DNA from: Trichomonas gallinae
Taxonomy: Eukaryota
Reading direction: 5' to 3'
Assembly: GCA_008369845.1 (NCBI GenBank)
Contig: MRSU01010341.1
Span: 1 to 39,143, forward strand
Length of the DNA stretch: 39,143 bases
Under the pieces are notes generated by a model, which was not told where the DNA came from, did no database searches, and saw only the letters and a program-made list of their open reading frames with translations. Shown piece by piece: positions 32,106 through 39,143 of this stretch. How positions within the stretch are numbered: position 1 is the first letter of the stretch; each line of letters opens with the position of its first letter. A program made the translations under genes and the position numbers.

Positions 32106-33372
32106 TTCGACAAAATATTTTTTTTAAATTTTTAAGTTATTTTGGATTTTAACCATAGATATATAACCAATATAGCTATTAGATTCACATTTTAGTGTAA
32201 TTTAGTTTCAATATTCATTTTTTAGAATATTCAATATAATATCAATAATATTCCATATTTTGGGCAATATTATATTGATTTCCCGAAGTTTAATCTTTCT
32301 TTATGCTTATTTTATTTCAAATGGTCCAAATTCTTTGACAATTTCTATTCTAATGGTTAAAGATGAAGAAACCGGCCAATATTTACATACTTGGTTTCTA
32401 TATTAAATTAATAGCTAACATGTTGGTCAAATTGAGCAGAATTCTGTTAAATTTGTTCTTTTTTATAATTTGTTTATTGTTTATTTATTTTTAGACTAAT
32501 TTCGCAGGTTTTTAGCACATCAAATTGTTTTGGGGTCTATTTTTCATTCGCAATATCAAAATTTTTTATAGTTACAAATTTCAACAATTATAAAAAAAAC
32601 TCAAAATTCGATTTTTTTGCATATTTATTTATGTATTTCAATGATAATAAAATCTTTTTTTTTTTTTAAAAAAAGTCGTAAATTGATGGAAATTTTATGA
32701 TTAAGGTCGATACATTATATATAGCTTCTATAGGCCTACAGGAATGAGATATCTTAGGCAAACATTGCATTACAATTTTATAATTTCGAGAAATGATGCG
32801 TGAAATTTGTACGATATTTAAGAACCTTATTTTAACGTATATTTTCGCAAGCTGCTAAAAATCTTTACTCCGCATGCTGATATGTTGCAAATAACAACTT
32901 TACCTGCCCAATATGATTATACGGTAACCCATCATATTTTAATTATGTTTCTATGTTGAAATATCGGCATTTATAAACAAAAACACTCACATAAGTGAAT
33001 AATCAGCATATTGTTAGATATAAGATATTTTTCATTATTATGTATGTCAAATGTAATTATAATCTTGGAATAATGCAGTTAATCTTGATAATTGACATCT
33101 GTTTTCTATATTAATAATAATTGAAATACAACATAATAATATTGCTATTTGTTTATAATTCAACCTTTTATGTTACTTTTCTATATGTTTCAATGTATTC
33201 AAGCAATAGGGAGTCTAATATTAAATTCTTTAGAGTCTTACATTTGTTTTTTCTTATTGACATTTGACTTATATATGGCTATTTATAAAAGAAAGTAATA
33301 GCGTTTTAATGAATAAAACAAAAGAAAAAAATGTATTATTACGAACAAAAAAATAAATGAAAATATAGTGAA

Positions 33373-33945
33373 TTAATGTCTGTATCCAGAACTATGGAAT
33401 TGAGATATCATTAGGTCTTTCTCTTTGATAAGATCTTCTACTTTTTTAATTTTAGCATTTAATTCTTCAATATATTTCGCTTGATTCTCACACTCTTGGA
33501 TTTTCTTTTCTAGTAAAGATCTATCTGTTGCCTTAAGTGCGTTTTCTATTTCTTCAATATCTGGATCAGTTTGAATTTCGTTAAAATATGGTTTTTGCTC
33601 TTCTTCTTGCTTTGTTTCGACAAATTGTTTGAAGTCCCATAGAACTTTTTCGATAGTTCCTTGCTTACAATTTGCAATGTCTGTAATTGTCGCTTTATCT
33701 ATTGGAAACTTGATTTTTTGTAGAACTTTTGCATTGAGTGTGTTCCAATTATAGATTTTTGTATCAACTTTTAATCCTTCGTTATAATTAAAAAGATCTA
33801 CATGTTTTGGATAAAAATGAGCGCAGATTTCAGCCATCAAAACACCATCGCTGAAATCTCTGACAATATTCTTTTTCTTTCTGGATAAAGGAATACTATC
33901 AATCCACTTCAATAATTCTTCAAGTTGATTATTATCCATTGTCAT
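33373..33945 (-). CDS. SPEF1: SPEF1/CLAMP-like calponin-homology (CH2) microtubule/flagellar protein
   Basis: Motifs WIDSIPLSRKKKNIVRDFSDGVLMAEI and KIYNWNTLN.KVL, with a C-terminal coiled coil. The start is uncertain (33960, 33945 or 33939), and the ATG at 33960 is part of the TTTACATGACA element. Confidence 0.85.
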   Translation of the reverse strand: MTMDNNQLEELLKWIDSIPLSRKKKNIVRDFSDGVLMAEICAHFYPKHVDLFNYNEGLKVDTKIYNWNTLNAKVLQKIKFPIDKATITDIANCKQGTIEKVLWDFKQFVETKQEEEQKPYFNEIQTDPDIEEIENALKATDRSLLEKKIQECENQAKYIEELNAKIKKVEDLIKEKDLMISQFHSSGYRH

Positions 33946-34302
33946 TATAAATTTTGTCATGTAAAAATATTTGATGACATATAAATATTTTGTAAATTAT
34001 TTTTTGTCATTTTTATTATTCCTTTATTGTCTATAGTAATGTAATATATATTTATACCAAAATTATGCTACCTTTTTGCGCCTATTACACGAATGAAATG
34101 CATTAACCAAGCAAATAATATTATTTTTCATTCTATTTGCAAATGATCACCAAATTATTCATCAAAATGACAATAGCGGCAATTCCATATATATATACAA
34201 TAATTTTGGTAATTTTTTTGTAAAAAATCACAAATATTTTTAGTCCATTATCTATTGATTTGAAAAAGAATCAAATAATAAATAATATATAATATTTATT
34301 TT

Positions 34303-37300
34303 CTAAATTTCATCATTTTCTTCATCAGTGTTAACAACAGAATCGGCTTCATCATTGTCATCATCGTCGCCGTTATTAGCATTTTCTTCTTCATTTTCAA
34401 CTTCTTGGTTTTCAGTCTCTTCTTGCTTGGCTTGTGTATTATTCGCGCCTCCAAGCCAGAGAGCGAAGTTTATGTGGGAGAATCCGTGCGTCGATAAGAA
34501 GCGGCTGCACTGAGACCCCATGTATGAGCGGAACTCTTCGTACTGAGCATCTTCTTCAGTGACATCTTTTCTTGGCGAGAAAATATGCGCGAAGTATCTG
34601 AGGGTATTAAAGATTTGCCCCGGATTTAGTCTGAACTTAAGAGGAGTCTTCGATGATATGAGATTAAGTGTTGAAAGCGGAAGCTGGACAGATTCGAATT
34701 CAGACTCCATGAATCCTTTAGACTCGAGGTGACTCGTGCTGTTATCGCTGACGAACATGCGGAGCGACCGCATTATAAGATTAGCAGCAAGGCGCCAGTT
34801 GCACTCTTCATTGCAATGTGGGCATTTCAAGTATTTAGACGGGAATGGAGTGACAATAACTCTGTTCTCGCAGTATGGGCAGCTGTATGTTAATTCTGCT
34901 GCATGCGGGATCATAAGATTTGTCTGATAATCGTTGTCAAGGCCGACAGAAGGGGCTGTGTATGAGATATTCAATGCCTTGGCAAGCATGCCTTTCTCCA
35001 TGCCACCGAAAGCCTCGCAAAGACGCCATATTGGGTTGAAAATCTGGTTAGTTATATACCATTCTATGTCTGCGTCATCAACTTTCTGGACCAAGTCTTC
35101 ATAAACAGCCTTTGAGGCGATGTTCGCGTGGCGCTGCGAACGCTCTGACATTGGCTCACCATCGCTTGTGAGCTTTTCGATGCCATCGCGAGAGATGATG
35201 TATTTGATTGTTGTGCCAGGAGAAATATCTTTCTTCAAGACATCCTGCATGTATTTAGCAACAACAACGTGCGCAGAGTTGTCTCCTTTATATGACTCAA
35301 GCTTGTTTGTCAGTGATTTAGTGATAACTAAGTCCTTTGGCGTGATAATTTCGATGCGTTTGAATTCTTCATCTTCACGAGAAAGGGCTTCCATATTATA
35401 ATCTTCTGGCATTGATCCGTTGTTGCGGAGCATCTTGGCAATTCTGTCGAGCTCAGTGAGGATGTCTTTGATTGAGTCATCGGCATTCTCAGAGAACATG
35501 AATGAGCGGATAACGAAATCTGATAAGTAGCGTGTCAAGAAACACCAGTCGCGACGAACTGAGTCGAGACCTTTCTTTTCAACTTTGAGGCTTCCATTAG
35601 GTAGCTCTTCGAGAGCTGCGTATTTCTTCTTTGAAACGAGCAGCATCTTCTTGAACAAATGGTCAAGGCCGAGTTTCATGACAGCGTCATTAGACTTGCG
35701 CTGTTTCTTGAAGTGTTCTTCAACTTGCGCGCAGATTCCTGCAGCAATTTGTTTCGCCTTCTTGTCGTCTTTAGTCCTGCAGTCGACCATGACAGAGTCA
35801 GTATCACCGTAAACAATAGAGAACTGGTCGGAATCTTCGAACTGGAAGTGCTCGACAATGTCAATGACAGCTTGGAGAGCTTCACGACCTTTCTTTGTGA
35901 TTTCTTCAGCAAGCTTTGTTGCTGGGAATCTTGAGCCTTTGTAGCCGAGATAACCGTACATAGAGTTAGCGAGAATCTTGACGGCTAGCTGCTTGATGTT
36001 GAGAGCGCTGAGCTCCTGCTTGTATTGCTTCATCTGTGAATTCAGTGGAAGAGTCTCTTGCTTGAGAGCATTTAACTTCTTTGTTAATTCGGAAGCGTCA
36101 GCTTTCTTTGCTTGAGCTTGGCTGATTTCGTGGTTTAATTCCGAAATCAAGTGTTCCTTTTCTTCCAACTGTGTCATGATGCTGAACATCGGCTTCTCTT
36201 TTTCCTTGATTTCGTTCTTAACAACGAGACGTTTGTTCAGCAGGTCGGCCATGATCTTGGGAAGAACCGCATTGTTTTGGTTTGGATTTGCAACCATTCT
36301 TGTCGTGAAGCAGATGTTGTACTGCCTAATGATTGATGGATAAAGGGAGTTATAGTCGAGGACAGTAACAATGTTCTCGTGGAATCCTCTCTTTGGATCA
36401 AGGACGTGACCACCTTGATATTGGGCATCTTCTCTCTTTCCTGAAACTTTGACTTGAGACTTGTCTGGAATAACATAGCCTCTGTTGATAAATTCGTGGG
36501 CGAGAAGTGCTTCTGATCTTGGTGATGCTTTTCCGAGCAAAACGCGTGACCATGTGGCACCAGAAAGCTGAGAAATCTGCAATGTAAGAGGAATAAAGTT
36601 ATTGTTTCTTGAAAGCATGATCAAGAATGTTGTGTTATTATCATTTGCAATTACGACGTTCTTCAAATCTTTTACGCGCATTACTAATGCATCGAAATTG
36701 GTGATGCTGAACTCTGGGACACTCTTGTCGAGTTCCTGCTGAATGACAGAAGCGAAGTCGTTTGCCTTTGAGTGCAAGAATTCGTCAGCAAAGACACGGA
36801 CATCTACTGGAAGACGTCCGCCTAAAATCAGCAAAGTATTCTTTGAGAACTTCGTGATGTTATCCTTTGGAAGTGAGCGCTTCAGGCGACCGATTCTATA
36901 CCAGTCCTTGACCTTCAACTGGATGAGACGCTGTGCAATGACTTGGCCATCAAAAGTGTTGAATCCGTAAGACATGATTAGGTCGATGTCAGCGTTTTGA
37001 ATTTCTGTTAAGAATCTGTTGAGCATTTCGTATTCTGATCTGCATGCCGTATCTGGAACATCCTTGTTAGCGGTGTTAACGTGCGTCCAGTAGTAGTTGA
37101 ACTTCTTCGGCTTAGGTGAAGTGAGTTCTGTGATGTCGCATTGCTCGAGGATTCTCATTGATATCATTCTGATTACATGCTGCTTCTTTACCTGGTCAAA
37201 CTCAGTTCTAAGTGAAATGCAAGCGATGTTGAATGCTGGAATGTCTGTCTTAGGAAGGATTTCGATTTCTGGTTCACTTTTTGAAAACTCATCTTTGAGC

Positions 37301-38469
37301 TCGAAATTAAGCTGAGGAACAATCGCAACACTTGCTTGCGGCTGCACCATCAGCTTCTTGAATCTGATCCAGCATGGGCCCATGATCTTGTAGCGCATGA
37401 TGAAGCACTCCGTGATTGATGAACTCCATCCGAAAACTTTTGTGTAGTGTTTTCCTATCATAGGAATTCTCTCGACATCGAGATTTCCTGGAAACTCAGC
37501 TGTAACCCACTGCGAAGTGAAATCGATGTCGGATTCTCCAAAAGCATACCTCAAATATTCAGGATAAACGATTGCTTTTGAGTTTAACGATTGAATTTCG
37601 GATTTGCAATCTTCAATCTCGTTCATTGTTGGCAAGAAGTGGATGATACGGCGAGCATTGGAGATAACAACACAAACTGTAACCATTTCACGTTCATTCG
37701 ACTTTGCTTTACCGAAAAGATATAATTTTCCTGAATCTTCGATAATATTGAATAAATACATTTCGAAATTGTTAAGTTTGAATGTGGCTTTCTTGTTAGT
37801 TTCTCTTGTTGTAGATTCCTCAATTGCTGGAAGTGGATCTTCTTCAACAACATCTGGAATAACAACTGGCTCTTGAGGTTTGATTTCTGGCTTTTTATCG
37901 CGTGGTTGAGTCTTTGGTTGGCGTTTAATTTGTTCTGTTGAAACAGTTTTCTTTTCTTCTTTAATTTTCTCTTCAGCTCTCTTCTTTTCGGCCAATTCCG
38001 CCTCTTTCTCTCTCTGTAAAGCTTCTTCCTTAGATTTGGCTGATAATTTAGCAGCGAAACTCTGAGAAATAGATTTCTTCTTATCCGTATTTTGCGTAGA
38101 CTTTGAAGATTTCGGTTCTGTTGTAACAGCTGAGCTCATGAAGTCTGCGAAAAGCTTATCTGCGATTTCTTTATTTGCTTTTGGCTTTGATGCTGATTTT
38201 TTCGGTGCTTTTCCGAGGAGATCAGTTAAAGACTTCTGACCACCTTCAAGCTTCGGCGCTTTGGCTTTAGATGACTCTGGTTTGCCGTCTTTGAACTCAT
38301 CCTCGTATGTTCCGTCTGCAATGAATCCATCGTCTGAAAGACTGTCGTAGCTTCCTTCATCGGATCCACCATCAGATGATGACGATGAGCTCAATGACTC
38401 CTCCTTTTCCAACATCTCACGAACGGCATCGGCATCGTCCTTGCCGCGATTTCGTGAAGATCTTCTCAT
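34303..38469 (-). CDS. POLA1: DNA polymerase alpha catalytic subunit (family B)
   Basis: Motifs YQGGHVLDPKRGF, DYNSLYPSII.QYNICFTT, KILANSMYG, YGDTDS, KKKYAAL and KGLDSVRRDWC. It has an N-terminal DDGFIADG, LYLFGK, and a C-terminal CPYC/CPHC. The start is probably MRRSSR at 38469, with 38508 as the alternative. Confidence 0.93.
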   Translation of the reverse strand: MRRSSRNRGKDDADAVREMLEKEESLSSSSSSDGGSDEGSYDSLSDDGFIADGTYEDEFKDGKPESSKAKAPKLEGGQKSLTDLLGKAPKKSASKPKANKEIADKLFADFMSSAVTTEPKSSKSTQNTDKKKSISQSFAAKLSAKSKEEALQREKEAELAEKKRAEEKIKEEKKTVSTEQIKRQPKTQPRDKKPEIKPQEPVVIPDVVEEDPLPAIEESTTRETNKKATFKLNNFEMYLFNIIEDSGKLYLFGKAKSNEREMVTVCVVISNARRIIHFLPTMNEIEDCKSEIQSLNSKAIVYPEYLRYAFGESDIDFTSQWVTAEFPGNLDVERIPMIGKHYTKVFGWSSSITECFIMRYKIMGPCWIRFKKLMVQPQASVAIVPQLNFELKDEFSKSEPEIEILPKTDIPAFNIACISLRTEFDQVKKQHVIRMISMRILEQCDITELTSPKPKKFNYYWTHVNTANKDVPDTACRSEYEMLNRFLTEIQNADIDLIMSYGFNTFDGQVIAQRLIQLKVKDWYRIGRLKRSLPKDNITKFSKNTLLILGGRLPVDVRVFADEFLHSKANDFASVIQQELDKSVPEFSITNFDALVMRVKDLKNVVIANDNNTTFLIMLSRNNNFIPLTLQISQLSGATWSRVLLGKASPRSEALLAHEFINRGYVIPDKSQVKVSGKREDAQYQGGHVLDPKRGFHENIVTVLDYNSLYPSIIRQYNICFTTRMVANPNQNNAVLPKIMADLLNKRLVVKNEIKEKEKPMFSIMTQLEEKEHLISELNHEISQAQAKKADASELTKKLNALKQETLPLNSQMKQYKQELSALNIKQLAVKILANSMYGYLGYKGSRFPATKLAEEITKKGREALQAVIDIVEHFQFEDSDQFSIVYGDTDSVMVDCRTKDDKKAKQIAAGICAQVEEHFKKQRKSNDAVMKLGLDHLFKKMLLVSKKKYAALEELPNGSLKVEKKGLDSVRRDWCFLTRYLSDFVIRSFMFSENADDSIKDILTELDRIAKMLRNNGSMPEDYNMEALSREDEEFKRIEIITPKDLVITKSLTNKLESYKGDNSAHVVVAKYMQDVLKKDISPGTTIKYIISRDGIEKLTSDGEPMSERSQRHANIASKAVYEDLVQKVDDADIEWYITNQIFNPIWRLCEAFGGMEKGMLAKALNISYTAPSVGLDNDYQTNLMIPHAAELTYSCPYCENRVIVTPFPSKYLKCPHCNEECNWRLAANLIMRSLRMFVSDNSTSHLESKGFMESEFESVQLPLSTLNLISSKTPLKFRLNPGQIFNTLRYFAHIFSPRKDVTEEDAQYEEFRSYMGSQCSRFLSTHGFSHINFALWLGGANNTQAKQEETENQEVENEEENANNGDDDDNDEADSVVNTDEENDEI

Positions 38470-39065
38470 TTTTTTAAATTTTTTGTTAAACGTCTTTCTA
38501 AAATTCATTTTTTCTTATTTTCACAACAATAACATAACTAAAATACATATTTAAACATATATTTCATCATAAAAATGAAAAATATTAATTTTATACACAA
38601 TATCTAAATTGATTTTCAACATATGATGGCTAAAATAAAGCATCAATATCATTATATATCTATAAAATCATAGTATAGTTATTTACTCAATATTATACAT
38701 TATCATATCCATTGATATATTTTCTCTTTATTTTTAAATATTCATGATATTTAAGATACAAAATAGTATGGATATGCCATAAAAAGAAATATTATAATAG
38801 ATAAAAAGCTTTAATACATAATTTTATATTTGATAAACTAAATAAACATATGAATCAATAAAACTTGGAAACAATTTGTATTTGAAATGTATGATGTGAT
38901 CAAATAGCATGACCAATGACTTGACGCTTATTTGTCGCTATCATTGGCGAATTTGCAATTTTTTTGACTTCCATTGAGGTTATTTTACTGTGAGTCTGTC
39001 ATGCTTATTCCAATAAGTGCTTTATAGCAAGTAAGGTAACATCAGCAATAAAATATTTTAATTGT

Positions 39066-39143
39066 TTAGTGACCAACATTAAGAGGATCAATGCCCCAGA
39101 TATCGAAGTGATCAATGAATCTGAAGGCACGATCTCTCGAGCG
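39066..39143 (-). CDS. Probable 3' end of a gene entering from the right edge
   Basis: The open frame ...RSRDRAFRFIDHFDIWGIDPLNVGH* has coding-like GC and ends in TAAA before AT-rich sequence. Confidence 0.45.
   Translation of the reverse strand, partial: RSRDRAFRFIDHFDIWGIDPLNVGH

Noticed and set aside
34303..38469. Maverick/Polinton DNA polymerase B
   Set aside because: The motifs are those of cellular RNA-primed Pol alpha. No integrase, packaging ATPase or terminal inverted repeats are nearby.
38891..39124. Box C/D or U3 snoRNA (ATGATGT ... CTGA)
   Set aside because: Box C is imperfect, there is no terminal stem, and the CTGA lies inside the probable edge CDS.

Overview
Gene-dense, AT-rich eukaryotic DNA with no recognisable introns, very likely from Trichomonas vaginalis or a close trichomonad. 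The evidence is a hydrogenosomal-type [FeFe]-hydrogenase with an MLAS presequence, a BspA-like LRR surface protein, TCATT initiator elements and M2/M3/M5 core-promoter motifs next to ATGs, and TAAA signals overlapping stop codons. There are 18 complete single-exon CDSs: DENN-like, tetraspanin, 64-kDa Fe-hydrogenase, RuvBL1, Naa38/LSM, PP1-like phosphatase, a coiled-coil hypothetical, a reduced Cdc6/Orc1, a TPR-like protein, Maf, Nop9, RPL23, LisH-RasGEF, katanin p80, SLC4, BspA, SPEF1 and DNA Pol alpha. A probable partial CDS lies at the right edge. No tRNA, rRNA, CRISPR or intact transposon was seen. The most striking unexplained signal is an 11-bp element, TTTACATG(A/T/G)CA. It recurs about 25 times upstream of genes, often as inverted pairs with a 4-nt spacer, and forms a ~41-bp-period palindromic array upstream of Maf. 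Other highlights are a canonical E2F-type site at the Cdc6/Orc1-like gene, a Pol alpha with a long fingers insertion and no CysB cysteines, and an 83-nt three-way-junction fold in an intergenic region. All assignments come from motif recognition by eye, and no searches were run.
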